Shown here: positions 19,732 through 30,346 of the stretch, one piece after another
Layout: every line of letters starts with the position of its first letter
Position numbering within the stretch: the first letter of the stretch is position 1
Source: Candidatus Omnitrophota bacterium
Lineage (GTDB): Bacteria; Omnitrophota; Gorgyraeia; Gygaellales; Gygaellaceae
Reading direction: 5' to 3'
DNA length: 64,000 nucleotides
Assembly: GCA_018400015.1 (NCBI GenBank)
Contig: JAGYNB010000001.1
Coordinates: 264,124 to 328,123, forward strand
Notes under the pieces: generated by a model
The model's input: only the letters and a program-made list of their open reading frames with translations
Told to the model about the DNA's origin: nothing
Databases searched by the model: none
Program-made: the position numbers and the translations under genes

Positions 19732-21132
19732 ATGAAAAAGTACGCATTAATCTTAGCCGGAGGCAAAGGTACTAGGCTTTGGCCGCTTTCCCGGGCTAAT
19801 CATCCCAAACAGTTCATTGATTTTATCAATGGACAGTCATTGTTTCAGCTTACGATAACTAGGCTGTTGGGATTTTTTAAAGCTAGTGATATTTATTTTA
19901 TCACACAATCAGATTATGAGTTTACGGTTAAAAACCAGATCGATCAGATAAAAGGGTTAAATAGCCTAAAGAAGAAAGTTTTAAAGAATAATCTTGTATT
20001 TGAGCCAAGTTCAAAAAACACCCTTGCGGCAATCACCTTAGGCATGAGGTATATCCAGCAGCATAATAGATTATCTGATAAGGATTTATTTTATGTATTT
20101 GCTTCTGATCATGTTATTGAGCCGATAAATAAATTTAAGCAGGCCCTTAAGCAGGCTCAAGATATAGCAATCCAGGATAAGATAGTTATTTTTGGCGTTA
20201 AGCCAAAGTATCCTAAACAGGGATACGGTTATGTGTTGGTAAAGGATAAATTTGCTAATGGGTATTTGGTAGAGAAGTTTGTGGAAAAGCCGTCTTTAAC
20301 CCGTGCCAAGCAATTATTAAAAAAGCATGCTTATTGGAATGCAGGGATATTTTGTTTTAACAAAAAGCATTTTATAAAAGAACTGCAGAAGAATTCCCCT
20401 AAGCTGTACAGATTGTATAAGACTTCCTTAAAGAAGATGCAGCAGGATTTTAAAAGATTAGAGTCTATTTCCATTGATTATGCAATTATGCAAAAGACCA
20501 AAGATATTGCCTTAGTGAAGTTTGACCTTAACTGGTCTGACTTGGGCAGCTGGGACAGTTTTATTGAGTTTTACAAAAAAGACAAGGGTAATGTCAGTAT
20601 TGGCAAAGCGGAGTTTATCAATTCAAAAGGATGCTTTGCCCGTTCTGAAAAAAGGCTTATTTCCTTTGTCGGTATTAACGATGTTATTGCCATAGATTCA
20701 TCTGATGCGCTGTTAATCGTAAAAAAGGGCAATTCCGATAAGGTAAAAGAATTAACTATGCAGGTTGAGCGAAAAGGCCTGACGCATTCTAAAGAAAGCC
20801 TTACCGTGCATAGGCCATGGGGTTATTATACGGTTTTACATGAACAGAAGCATTATAAGGTAAAGGAAATCGGCATATATCCAAAAAAGGCAATATCTTT
20901 GCAGACGCATAAATACAGAAGCGAGCACTGGAATGTGGTGGAAGGCGAGCTGATTGTGTTTATTAATAGGAAGCGAAAGAAGGTTATACGCAATCAGAGT
21001 GTATTCGTTGGTAAGAATACCAAGCATAAAGTATATAATCCGGGGAAAAAGACATCCCGGATAATCGAGGTACAGATCGGCAGTTACGTTGGAGAAGACG
21101 ATATTAAAAGGTTTGATAAGTACAGAGCATAG
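19732..21132 (+). CDS. manC: Bifunctional mannose-1-phosphate guanylyltransferase / mannose-6-phosphate isomerase (ManC/CpsB type)
   Basis: 466 aa; N-terminal nucleotidyltransferase ILAGGKGTRLWPLS; C-terminal type-II PMI cupin region (SLQTHKYRSEHWNVVEG). Confidence 0.8.
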   Translation: MKKYALILAGGKGTRLWPLSRANHPKQFIDFINGQSLFQLTITRLLGFFKASDIYFITQSDYEFTVKNQIDQIKGLNSLKKKVLKNNLVFEPSSKNTLAAITLGMRYIQQHNRLSDKDLFYVFASDHVIEPINKFKQALKQAQDIAIQDKIVIFGVKPKYPKQGYGYVLVKDKFANGYLVEKFVEKPSLTRAKQLLKKHAYWNAGIFCFNKKHFIKELQKNSPKLYRLYKTSLKKMQQDFKRLESISIDYAIMQKTKDIALVKFDLNWSDLGSWDSFIEFYKKDKGNVSIGKAEFINSKGCFARSEKRLISFVGINDVIAIDSSDALLIVKKGNSDKVKELTMQVERKGLTHSKESLTVHRPWGYYTVLHEQKHYKVKEIGIYPKKAISLQTHKYRSEHWNVVEGELIVFINRKRKKVIRNQSVFVGKNTKHKVYNPGKKTSRIIEVQIGSYVGEDDIKRFDKYRA

Positions 21133-21270
21133 TTTGATAACGCTACTTTTATCTTATATATTTGTTTCTGCAGATAATTAGTTTTGATTATTTAAAGAAA
21201 TAAGCTTTTTAGTCAAGCGATATAATCATAATGAAGGTTAGCTTCCCGCTTTTTTTATCTCTAAACTACG

Positions 21271-22293
21271 ATGAACGACATTAAGCAATATTCTCTGGAT
21301 GAGTTAAAATCTGCTTTTAAAGATATGCGCCTACCGTCATTTGCTGCCGGTCAGGTATTTGACTGGATTTATAAAAAAAGAATAGAAGATTTTGATAAAA
21401 TGAGCAATCTTTCCAAAGCGACAAGGCAGACGCTAAATGAGAGTTTCTTCTCTGCCTATCCAAAAATAGCCGAAAGAATAAAATCAAGCGACAACACGGA
21501 AAAATTCCTTTTTGAACTAGATGACGGGGCATTGATTGAAACAGTATTAATTCCTGAGAAGACGCGCACTACATTATGTATTTCTACTCAAGTTGGGTGC
21601 AGATTTAATTGTAAATTCTGCATGAGTGCAAAGGGCGGTTTTAAGCGCAATTTAACCGCATCTGAGATAATCAACCAGTATCTGGTTATACTTGATTTAA
21701 TATCGCCAAAACGAATTACCAATATTGTTTTTATGGGAATAGGCGAGCCGTTGGATAATTATGATAACTTAACCAAAGCAATCGATATCTTGCAGGAACC
21801 AATAGGCATAGCTTTAAGTAAAAGAAGGCTGTGCGTCTCAACGTGCGGGATAATACCGAATATGGAAAGGCTTGTTAAAAGTTATCCTTTGGTGAAGCTT
21901 TCGGTTTCACTGCATAGCGCTTTTAACGATAAAAGAACTAAGATTATGCCGGTAAATAGAAAATATCCCATTGATGAGCTGATCAAAGCCTTAAAATCAG
22001 TCAGCAGGATACAAAAGTTTCCCGTAACTTTTGAGTATGTATTATTGAGCGGTTTTAATGATTCGAAAGAAGATGCATCAGAGCTTGCCCGAATTTTAAA
22101 TAGACTGAGGTCTAAAGTTAACCTGATCGTTTATAACCGTTCCAGCCTTGATTTTAAATCCTCCGAAGAAGACACGATAAGGCAATTTACACAAATTTTA
22201 AAAGCCAAGAGTGTGACTTTTACCTTGCGCCGTTCCCGCGGCGAGGATATCGATGCTGCCTGCGGTCAATTAAGGGCTTCCTGGAAGAAGTGA
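21271..22293 (+). CDS. rlmN: 23S rRNA/tRNA adenine C2-methyltransferase RlmN (radical SAM)
   Basis: 340 aa; CRFNCKFC rSAM motif; conserved downstream C (CGIIPN) and MGIGEPL motif typical of RlmN/Cfr. Confidence 0.8.
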   Translation: MNDIKQYSLDELKSAFKDMRLPSFAAGQVFDWIYKKRIEDFDKMSNLSKATRQTLNESFFSAYPKIAERIKSSDNTEKFLFELDDGALIETVLIPEKTRTTLCISTQVGCRFNCKFCMSAKGGFKRNLTASEIINQYLVILDLISPKRITNIVFMGIGEPLDNYDNLTKAIDILQEPIGIALSKRRLCVSTCGIIPNMERLVKSYPLVKLSVSLHSAFNDKRTKIMPVNRKYPIDELIKALKSVSRIQKFPVTFEYVLLSGFNDSKEDASELARILNRLRSKVNLIVYNRSSLDFKSSEEDTIRQFTQILKAKSVTFTLRRSRGEDIDAACGQLRASWKK

Positions 22294-22371
22294 TAAAATA
22301 TATTGACGAGTGAGGTTTATTGTGCTAAAAATCATCTTTAGCATGGATAATTATCAAGGAGGTGATAATCT

Positions 22372-22566
22372 ATGAAAAAGATTTTAAAGAGGATGACAGG
22401 CAGAACCACCACTAAAAATAGAAAGAATTCTTTAAGTGGTGATGAGTTTTTTGCTAAAGTGCAGCAGAAGGCCTTTGAGCTTTATGAAAAAAGAGGCTTT
22501 ACTTCCGGTAATGAGTGGTCGGATTGGTTTGAGGCAGAAAAACTTGTAAAATCAGGTAAATTTTAG
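22372..22566 (+). CDS. Small DUF2934-like protein
   Basis: 64 aa; IAxxAYxLYEKRGfxxGxexxDWxxAE-type motif; strong RBS aaggagg. Confidence 0.45.
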   Translation: MKKILKRMTGRTTTKNRKNSLSGDEFFAKVQQKAFELYEKRGFTSGNEWSDWFEAEKLVKSGKF

Positions 22567-22614
22567 TTAACAAAGCGATTTATTGTAGCCTTTTTATTAT
22601 CAACAGGTTATAAA

Positions 22615-22648
22615 ATAAGGGTAAGCTGTAAGCTTGCCCTTATTTTTT
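22615..22648 (+). terminator. Rho-independent terminator
   Basis: Stem taagggtaagct/agcttgccctta (one G-U wobble), then TTTTTTG. Confidence 0.55.
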
Positions 22649-22690
22649 GTTGATTAGAGTCTATGTTTGAGTTAGAATATTACTCATAAC

Positions 22691-23851
22691 ATGCTACCAT
22701 TAATCATATTAATTCTTTTTTTAAGGCCGTTTATTTCCGAGTTTATAAGCCTGAGATTTGATAGTTTGTTCAGCCTTATTTTAGTTTTAATGATTTCTAT
22801 TTATCTTATCGTCAGCAAGAAGATCAGGAAGACTAAATACGATAAACTCATTTTCTTTTATTTCCTTACCATTATAATTGCCGGTTTTTTCTCGTCAGAT
22901 TTAGTAAAAAGTATCAGCAATATACATAAATATACAACTTCGATTATGATTTTTTATTTAGTTTTCTTGGAAGAAGAAAGAAGACTTTTTATACCCTTTA
23001 TCATAGTCAGTGGTTTTTTCATAAGTATTTATTCGCTGTTTCATTTATTTTTCGTTCCCGGAATGGTGATGGATTATCTTAATAAACAGGGGATTGTTTA
23101 TCCTTTTGCAGAAAATTTTCTTGCAAGGAGAAGGGCTTTTGTCCCTTTTGTTTCTCCCAACCTTCTTGCAGGATATATAGCTATGGTTTTTTCCATTGCT
23201 TCTGGGTTTGTTATGGAGCGTTTGCGTAGGCAAAACAAATCACCAGTTTTGATTTTCTATGTTCTTATTTTATTGACTTTGTTTTTTGTTCTGTTTGCCA
23301 CAAAATCAATAGGGGCTTGGTTATCGTTATTGGCTTCTTTATCGTGCTATGTTTTATTCAGGAAACGAATAAACGGGAAATCTTTGTTTTATATAGCTCT
23401 AATTACTGTTTTTTTGCTGGTTATTTTGTATCTACGTTTTAAAGAATCGAGTGTTATTACTTTTCCATCTTTTTCTTTGCATCAAAGGATAAATTATCTT
23501 TTGGAGAGTTTTAAGGTTATATCGGCCCATCCTTTTATGGGCGTGGGTTTAGGTAATTTTATGATCAAAGAAACACTTTTTTGCCATAATTCTTTTATTC
23601 AGATATGGGCTGAAGCTGGCATTGCCGGGTTTATTTCATGGTTGATTTTAGTGGCTGTATTTATTAGAGAGTCAATTATTGGTTTGAAAATAAAGAAAGA
23701 CTATTTTTTTGACGGTTTATTTATAGCTGGAATGTGTTTTATTTTCCATAATTTTGCAGATTTTAGTTATTTTATTCCGCAGGTTTCGTTTATTTGGTGG
23801 ATGGTTTTAGGTTTTATTCTTGCCGAGAGCAGGTTAAGTACTAATGAGTAA
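22691..23851 (+). CDS. O-antigen ligase/polymerase-family (Wzy_C) polytopic membrane protein
   Basis: 386 aa, ~10-12 TM; Wzy_C-like HNSFIQIWAEAGIAGF motif in the distal periplasmic loop. Confidence 0.6.
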   Translation: MLPLIILILFLRPFISEFISLRFDSLFSLILVLMISIYLIVSKKIRKTKYDKLIFFYFLTIIIAGFFSSDLVKSISNIHKYTTSIMIFYLVFLEEERRLFIPFIIVSGFFISIYSLFHLFFVPGMVMDYLNKQGIVYPFAENFLARRRAFVPFVSPNLLAGYIAMVFSIASGFVMERLRRQNKSPVLIFYVLILLTLFFVLFATKSIGAWLSLLASLSCYVLFRKRINGKSLFYIALITVFLLVILYLRFKESSVITFPSFSLHQRINYLLESFKVISAHPFMGVGLGNFMIKETLFCHNSFIQIWAEAGIAGFISWLILVAVFIRESIIGLKIKKDYFFDGLFIAGMCFIFHNFADFSYFIPQVSFIWWMVLGFILAESRLSTNE

Positions 23852-25148
23852 AAAAAATATTATTATATTGGGCGCCGGTCTTTGCGGCTTAAGCGTTGCC
23901 TGGCACCTTAAAAAGATGGGTATAGCTGCTTGTGTATATGAAAAAGAAGATAAAGTGGGGGGGCTTTGCAAAAGCGAGAGCATAGGGGATTTTGAGTTTG
24001 ATTATGATGGTCATGTTTTACATTTTAGATATCCCTATGTATTTAATCTTGTTCAGAGGTTGTTGAATAACAATATACTTGAATTTAAAAGGAGTTCATG
24101 GTTTTATTTTCATGGTAAATATTTTCCTTATCCGTTTCAGGCAAATCTGTATGGTTTTCCTTTCCGCATAAGCCGGGAATGTCTTCTTGGGTTCATTGAG
24201 GCGCAGAAGAATAAAAAAACAGCAGATAATAAAAACACAAGTTTCTTAGACTGGATAAATCATACGTTCGGTCCGGGTATTGCCAAATATTTTATGATTC
24301 CTTATAACGATAAATTTTGGACAGTTGCTCCAAAAAGATTGACTTATCATTGGTCAAAGCGCGTTATTCCGGTTCCTTCTTTGAGCCAGATTATTGAAGG
24401 CACATTATCGCAGAGCAAGAATGACTTTGGTTACAATATACAGTTTTGGTATCCTAGATCCGGAGGAATTATGCAGCTGCCTTTAGCTTTTGCAAAAGGC
24501 AATAAAAATATTTTCACAGGTGTTTCGGCAGTTCAGATAGATCTTAAAAAGAAAATAGTTTATCTTTCAAACGGCGAAAAAAATAAATTCGATTATTTGA
24601 TTTCTACGATACCTTTGCCAGAGCTTGGTGGTATAATTAAAGATATGCCTTATTCGATAAAAAGGTCTTTGAATAGGCTAAGATGGAACTCCATTTTTAA
24701 CCTGAATTTGGGTTTTGACGATAAACGAAAAGTTAATCGACATTGGATTTATTTTCCTCAGAAAAATATTAGTTTTTTTAGAGTCGGGTTCTATAGCAGT
24801 TTTTCAGCAGGTTCATGCCCTAAGGAAAAAAAAGCTATTTATACAGAAGTGTCTTATTCGCGTTTAAGGCCACTGCGCCGCAAAGGAATAAAAGACAGAA
24901 TAAAGAGAGATTTAATTAAAACTGGAATAATCGCCTCAAAAAATGATATTGTTGTTGAGTTTGAGAATGATATTAAATACGGTTATCCGATTTACGATAA
25001 GAATTATGCACCGGCTAGATTGGCGATATTGGATTACTTAAAGCAGAATAAAATGTTTTCATGCGGCAGATACGGGTCGTGGGCATATATGTCTATGGAG
25101 GATGTTATCCTTGATGGGTATAGGATTGCAAATTCAATTAAGGGATGA
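23844..25148 (+). CDS. FAD/NAD(P)-binding oxidoreductase, UDP-galactopyranose mutase-like (Glf family)
   Basis: 434 aa; N-terminal Rossmann ILGAGLCGLSVA; GGL...DGHVLHF, YNDKFWTV and C-terminal YGSWAYMSMEDVI resemble UGM/protoporphyrinogen-oxidase-like folds. Confidence 0.45.
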   Translation: MSKKNIIILGAGLCGLSVAWHLKKMGIAACVYEKEDKVGGLCKSESIGDFEFDYDGHVLHFRYPYVFNLVQRLLNNNILEFKRSSWFYFHGKYFPYPFQANLYGFPFRISRECLLGFIEAQKNKKTADNKNTSFLDWINHTFGPGIAKYFMIPYNDKFWTVAPKRLTYHWSKRVIPVPSLSQIIEGTLSQSKNDFGYNIQFWYPRSGGIMQLPLAFAKGNKNIFTGVSAVQIDLKKKIVYLSNGEKNKFDYLISTIPLPELGGIIKDMPYSIKRSLNRLRWNSIFNLNLGFDDKRKVNRHWIYFPQKNISFFRVGFYSSFSAGSCPKEKKAIYTEVSYSRLRPLRRKGIKDRIKRDLIKTGIIASKNDIVVEFENDIKYGYPIYDKNYAPARLAILDYLKQNKMFSCGRYGSWAYMSMEDVILDGYRIANSIKG

Positions 25149-25927
25149 ATATTAAAAAGAGAATAATTAGTAATTTCTATAAAAAAGATATATTGCTGGA
25201 TATGTCTTTCAGGCAGATGCGGTTAAAATATGCCGGAGCCAAATTGGGTTTATGGTGGGCTGTTATTTCTCCTTTTATTCTTGCTTTGAGTATTAATTTT
25301 GTTTTTAGACATGCTTTCAAGATCAATATTGATAATTTCGCTTTTTTTGTACTTTCAGGGATTATCCCCTGGATTTATATTACCAATACCTTATCTGAAT
25401 CAACAAGCGTATTAATTAATGATGCTTCATTGGTAAGACAAGGATCAATTCCTATAGAGTTTTTGCCGTTTTCTACCGCTCTTGCCAATTTATTGATTTT
25501 TCTTATAGGTATGTTGTTTTTATTGCCTTTTTTTATCATAATCAAATATAACATAGTATTTATGTTGTGGTTTTTACCATTTGTTATACTGATGCATTTT
25601 ATGTTTTTGACAGGGTTAGCGTTATTTGTATCATTTATAAATGTTTTTGTCAGAGATTTTTCCCATCTATTGAATAGTATTTTTATGGTTTGGTTTTGGG
25701 TGACTCCAGTATTTTATTCGCTGGAAATGATTCCTTCTTCATATAGATGGGTTTGTTTATTAAACCCCGTGACTTATTACGTTATAATGTACAGGGATAT
25801 TTTGTTTTACGGGCAATTACCAGATTTAAATATTATTCTCGCTGGTTTGTTCATCGCGATGGTATCTTTATTGTCTGGGTATAGCACATTTATCAAAAAT
25901 GAGTTTTCAATTTTAAAACGATTATGA
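25145..25927 (+). CDS. wzm: ABC-2 type polysaccharide exporter permease (Wzm/TagG/KpsM-like)
   Basis: 260 aa, 6 TM; ABC-2 family signature region; translationally coupled to the downstream ATPase. Confidence 0.75.
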   Translation: MNIKKRIISNFYKKDILLDMSFRQMRLKYAGAKLGLWWAVISPFILALSINFVFRHAFKINIDNFAFFVLSGIIPWIYITNTLSESTSVLINDASLVRQGSIPIEFLPFSTALANLLIFLIGMLFLLPFFIIIKYNIVFMLWFLPFVILMHFMFLTGLALFVSFINVFVRDFSHLLNSIFMVWFWVTPVFYSLEMIPSSYRWVCLLNPVTYYVIMYRDILFYGQLPDLNIILAGLFIAMVSLLSGYSTFIKNEFSILKRL

Positions 25928-27984
25928 ATGCGCTAAGTTTTAATAAAGTAAGTGAAAAGTACCGTATTAAGTTTGTTGAAAACGGTATAGTTTCTTGGGA
26001 GGAAATATGGGCCTTAAGAGATATAAGTTTTAATTTGAAAAAGGGAGAGGTGTTAGGTTTAATCGGACATAATGGTGCCGGTAAGACTACGTTACTAAAA
26101 TTGATATCAGGAGCAATTGTTCCTGATGAAGGGGTTATTGATGTTGTTGGCAGGATCTCTGTATTGATGGAGCTGGGTATAGGGTTTAATCCGGAGTTTA
26201 CTGGCAGAGAAAATATTATTTTCAATGCAAAAATATATGGATTTAATGAGGAAAGCTTAGCGGTTAAGATTGATAAGATAATCGAATTCGCGGATTTAGG
26301 CAGATTTATAGACTCGCCAATAAAATATTATTCTCAAGGCATGTATATGCGTTTGGCATTTGCCTTGGCTATATTTGTTGATCCGGACATACTTTTAATC
26401 GATGATATTTTAGCCGTGGGTGACGAAGATTCTCACAGAAAGTGTATAAGTAAAATATTTGAATTGAAAGCATCTGGTAAAACCATAGTTTTGGTAACTC
26501 ACGATATAACTATGGTGGAAATGCTTTGCGATAGAGTGATTCTGTTGGAAAAAGGGAGAAAGATTAAAGAGGGATTACCAAAAGAGGTAACCAGATATTA
26601 CCTTCAGGCATGCCAGGCCCGCATTAAGGCAAAGCAGGAAGAAGAGACCAGGCTTCTTCGCCAGCAGCGTACGATAACAAATGGTGACATAAGCCTCTAT
26701 GCTGATGTCGAAAGCAAGGCCTTAAGAATTTACCATAAGGACAAGGAAATAACCAATGGCAACGGCCTGCATAGTTCCTTTTTGATAAATGATATATGGT
26801 ATGAATTCCAGGCAGATTGGGAAATAGAAAAGATTGATGAAGGCGTCTTGAAGGTGGGTATGCATTTTGATAGTTTTATTCAGAATATAATCTTAACGCT
26901 GAATCAGGGCGTGTTGGAAATAAATATTGAATATAGTGTTCTAGAAAATAATAATTTGGACAGTTATCATATTAAGTTTGAGTTTGCCGATAGTTATAAA
27001 ACTTGGTTTTGTCATGACGACAGAGGGAGTTTTGATGTGCAGGATTATATAGATTATGCAGCTCCGGTACGCTTAAAAGATAATAAAGTGAGTAAAATTG
27101 CTTTTATTCATGGAGAAAAAACTGAGATTCCTTCCCTTTTGATCGAAGTTTTATCGGATTTAGACAAGAGAATAGCTTCTCTTTATCGTAGAAATGATTT
27201 ATCGTGCGAGAGGGTTTGTTTTCAGTCTAGTTTTATTGTTCCCCGGATGAAAGGTTTTTCAGAAAATTATAGCGGTGCGTTTCAAGCAAAAATTAATTTT
27301 AAAGATAAAATAGAAGAATCTGAAATTACTGATAATAAATTGGAATTTATATATCAGCTTTCAAATGGCGATCTCGATTTTATCTTCGATCGTGGTAAGG
27401 GGAAAATAATTTATAGAGGCAATGAATTAACGTCTGGATTGGGATTTTATACCACTGTTCGTTCAAAAGGGATGTGGTTTGATTCTTCGCAAGCGTTTTG
27501 GAAGGTTGAAAAAAAGAGCAAGAACAAGATTGAATGTTTTGGCCAGTGGTTTTATCTTCCTATTTTACAGAGATGGAGTATTTGTGTAGGCAAAAAAGGT
27601 ATTGATTTTGATATAAGGATGGATATTCCTGAGGAATGCATAACAGAGCTAAGGCACTCAGCATTGATGTTAAGTAACAATTATAAAAAATGGTTCGTAA
27701 ACGATAATATTTTCGGCGATTTTTTGGAAGAATATCATGAAGAATACGATACTATTCCTTTTCGTTTTTGGAGTGGCAATACCGCTGTGCTTGCTGCTTT
27801 ATCTGCAAAAAAGAACTTTCCTCAGGTATTTTTTAAAAGCAAGAATTGTCCATTGGCAATAGTGGAAAATAGTGAATCTATTTATTGGGCAAGGAGATTT
27901 CAGTTTCAGTCTAAAACGGATAATAAGGTAAGCTTGGGCAATAAAGGCATATTTTTTGCAGGCAAAATAACGATCAATGATTAG
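25924..27984 (+). CDS. wzt: Polysaccharide ABC exporter ATPase (Wzt/TagH-like) with ~430-aa C-terminal extension carrying two copies of a putative glycan-binding domain
   Basis: 686 aa; Walker A GHNGAGKTT, signature YSQGM, Walker B LLIDD within the first ~250 aa. The C-terminal extension has two related ~120-aa modules: W.EFQADWEIEK...YKTWF and WFDSSQAFWKVEK...WFYLPILQRWSI...YKKWF. Confidence 0.8.
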   Translation: MNALSFNKVSEKYRIKFVENGIVSWEEIWALRDISFNLKKGEVLGLIGHNGAGKTTLLKLISGAIVPDEGVIDVVGRISVLMELGIGFNPEFTGRENIIFNAKIYGFNEESLAVKIDKIIEFADLGRFIDSPIKYYSQGMYMRLAFALAIFVDPDILLIDDILAVGDEDSHRKCISKIFELKASGKTIVLVTHDITMVEMLCDRVILLEKGRKIKEGLPKEVTRYYLQACQARIKAKQEEETRLLRQQRTITNGDISLYADVESKALRIYHKDKEITNGNGLHSSFLINDIWYEFQADWEIEKIDEGVLKVGMHFDSFIQNIILTLNQGVLEINIEYSVLENNNLDSYHIKFEFADSYKTWFCHDDRGSFDVQDYIDYAAPVRLKDNKVSKIAFIHGEKTEIPSLLIEVLSDLDKRIASLYRRNDLSCERVCFQSSFIVPRMKGFSENYSGAFQAKINFKDKIEESEITDNKLEFIYQLSNGDLDFIFDRGKGKIIYRGNELTSGLGFYTTVRSKGMWFDSSQAFWKVEKKSKNKIECFGQWFYLPILQRWSICVGKKGIDFDIRMDIPEECITELRHSALMLSNNYKKWFVNDNIFGDFLEEYHEEYDTIPFRFWSGNTAVLAALSAKKNFPQVFFKSKNCPLAIVENSESIYWARRFQFQSKTDNKVSLGNKGIFFAGKITIND

Positions 27985-30346
27985 GCATATTTTAAAAAGA
28001 ATTAAAGCGCATTTTAAAAAAGGCGGTTTGTTATATGTCGGATTACGTGTTGTTAAATATCTTAAATTTCTAATTATATCTTTGATTATAAAAATAAAGC
28101 GTGATAAAAAAAAGTCAGTTACCTTAAAGGAAACAGTTTTATCATCAGATAATCTTAAGATTGTAGTTTTAAATTCAGGAATAAACTTTTTATGGAAGGA
28201 TGTTCTTTTTACTGTTCATCCTGGTGTGAATTTAGGTTTTAATATATTGGGGTTATGGAATGATTCTGCCAGGGCCGATTGGCATATCGTAGAGAAGGCA
28301 ACTAATTACTTAAAAATAAAAGTTTATTTCTGGGAATTGCCTTTGAACCAAACATGGGAAATTAAGCTTTTAAGTAAAAACAGGGTAAAAATAGATATTT
28401 GGCTTGAGGTTGAGGAATGGTTGCATATTGATGAAATTCGGCTTTTGTGTCTTGCCGAAGGAAAATATAAATGTTGGATTAATAATTTTGAAATAAATAA
28501 TTTCCAGAAATTTGGCAATGCCTGGCGGGATATATGTATGAGTTCAGAGGTTTCTTCTTTGGTGGGCTTGAGGTTTCCTAAAATCAACGATATTCCTTCG
28601 TTTACTATGGAAACAGACGAAAAAGACACCTTTGCCATTATTCAGAATTCTCCCCAGAATATGTCAGCGCATGCAGTTGGTTTTAGAAAGATTATCCCAA
28701 CCGGAAAAAGAGATTATGCTCCCGGCACATATGGACTTTTCTCAGTTTATTTTAATTTTTTTAGTTCTGATCAGCCTCTTGATAATAAAATCGAGCTTTT
28801 AAGAAAAATAGATCTTAAAAAAATGTCAGCCGTTAATAATAGAGCGAGCAGTACTTATAATCAAGGGATTTTGTTGGTTAATCTTCCATGGCAGGAGGAA
28901 GGCCAATTCGGCGTGAGAGCAGGTTCACGCTGGCCACATATAAAAGATTATTACGAAGGCGATTATACTCCTTTTCCTTTTTTTCTGGCTTACTCAGTCG
29001 CATTATTAAGAAAACACGGTTTTAAATCTATGATAATTGATGCTCTGGCAGAGAGACTTAACGAAAACATATTTCTAGAGAAAGTTTCTAGATTGGGTGC
29101 TGATATTTTAGTCGCAGAGGTTTCAACGCCTTCATTTAAAAACGACATTTCGCTTTTGAAGAAAATGTCGGGGAAGGGAATGAAAATTGTAGTTTGCGGT
29201 CCGCATATTGAGATTCATGAAAGAGATTTCTTGAGTAAGCATCCTTTTATAGATTATGTTTTGTTCGGGGAATACGAGTTTTCTTTACTTGATTTGGTTA
29301 CTGCCATATTTGAAAATAAGCCGCTTTGCGATGTCAAAGGTTTAATCTACCGTGAAGGCGACACTATTATTAAAAACCCTCCAAGAGAAGCTTTTGACAT
29401 AAACTTGCTGCCTTGGCCTTCCCGGGAAGATCTACCTATGGAAAAGTATTGGGATTTGCCTGGTAATATCCCTTATCCATCTGTACAGATGGCTGCTTCT
29501 AGAGGCTGTCCTTTTGGCTGTAATTTTTGTCTTTGGCCCCAGGTAATGTATTTGGGTAATCATTACAGGGTAAGAGATGTTAAGGATACAATAGATGAAA
29601 TGGAGTATCTTGTAAGGGAAATGGGGTTTAAGTCTGTTTACTTTGATGACGATACTTTCAATATAGGCAAAACAAGAATGCTGGATTTTTGCAACGAAAT
29701 TAAAAAACGCGGTTTAAATGATATTCCTTGGGCGATTATGGCAAGAGCAGATTTAATGGATGAAGAGATATTGAACAATATGGAATCTGCGGGACTTTGG
29801 GCTGTTAAGTATGGAGTGGAAAGCCCAAACAGTAAGCTCATTAAGACAATAAATAAAGATATGGGTATCGATAAGACAACGAGAAATATAAAGATTACAC
29901 AGGGGTTGGGGATTAAAACTCATCTTACTTTTTGTTTTGGAGCAGATGGTGAAACAAAAGATACGGTTCAAGAAACTATTAATTATGCCTTGAAGCTTAA
30001 TCCGGAATCAGTACAGTTTTCCATTCTTACTCCTTTTCCCGGAACAAAATTGTACGAAAAACTGGACAAGGAAGGAAGAATTTTAACTAAAGATTGGTTT
30101 AAATATGACGGTCATTATCAATGCGTTTTTCGTCATGATAACTTTACCCCTGAGGAGTTGGTTGCTATTAAGAAACGCGCTTACGGTATCTGGCTGGATC
30201 ATACAAGAAGAAGAAGGGGCGTAAAAGGAGACATAGACAGGTTCAATAAATATCTAAGAAAACATGGATTAGCCAAGGCAATTAGCAAGACCTTATCTTA
30301 TTTTGAATTTGTTATGTTTAAAAGAAAAGAGTTTCTGAATGGATAA
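27977..30346 (+). CDS. B12-binding radical SAM protein with N-terminal TM helix and Wzt-CTD-like domain
   Basis: 789 aa; TM LIISLIIKI; residues ~55-190 carry LWNDSARADWHIVEK...FWELPLNQTWEI...YKCWI, homologous to the Wzt C-terminal modules; B12-binding region; ASRGCPFGCNFC rSAM cluster. Confidence 0.75.
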   Translation: MIRHILKRIKAHFKKGGLLYVGLRVVKYLKFLIISLIIKIKRDKKKSVTLKETVLSSDNLKIVVLNSGINFLWKDVLFTVHPGVNLGFNILGLWNDSARADWHIVEKATNYLKIKVYFWELPLNQTWEIKLLSKNRVKIDIWLEVEEWLHIDEIRLLCLAEGKYKCWINNFEINNFQKFGNAWRDICMSSEVSSLVGLRFPKINDIPSFTMETDEKDTFAIIQNSPQNMSAHAVGFRKIIPTGKRDYAPGTYGLFSVYFNFFSSDQPLDNKIELLRKIDLKKMSAVNNRASSTYNQGILLVNLPWQEEGQFGVRAGSRWPHIKDYYEGDYTPFPFFLAYSVALLRKHGFKSMIIDALAERLNENIFLEKVSRLGADILVAEVSTPSFKNDISLLKKMSGKGMKIVVCGPHIEIHERDFLSKHPFIDYVLFGEYEFSLLDLVTAIFENKPLCDVKGLIYREGDTIIKNPPREAFDINLLPWPSREDLPMEKYWDLPGNIPYPSVQMAASRGCPFGCNFCLWPQVMYLGNHYRVRDVKDTIDEMEYLVREMGFKSVYFDDDTFNIGKTRMLDFCNEIKKRGLNDIPWAIMARADLMDEEILNNMESAGLWAVKYGVESPNSKLIKTINKDMGIDKTTRNIKITQGLGIKTHLTFCFGADGETKDTVQETINYALKLNPESVQFSILTPFPGTKLYEKLDKEGRILTKDWFKYDGHYQCVFRHDNFTPEELVAIKKRAYGIWLDHTRRRRGVKGDIDRFNKYLRKHGLAKAISKTLSYFEFVMFKRKEFLNG

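Noticed and set aside
21133-21270. Possible terminator after manC (CCCGCTTTTTTT at ~21244-21258)
   Set aside because: T-tract present but I could not find a complementary upstream stem to GCGGGAAGCT. More likely part of the rlmN promoter/leader. Not called.
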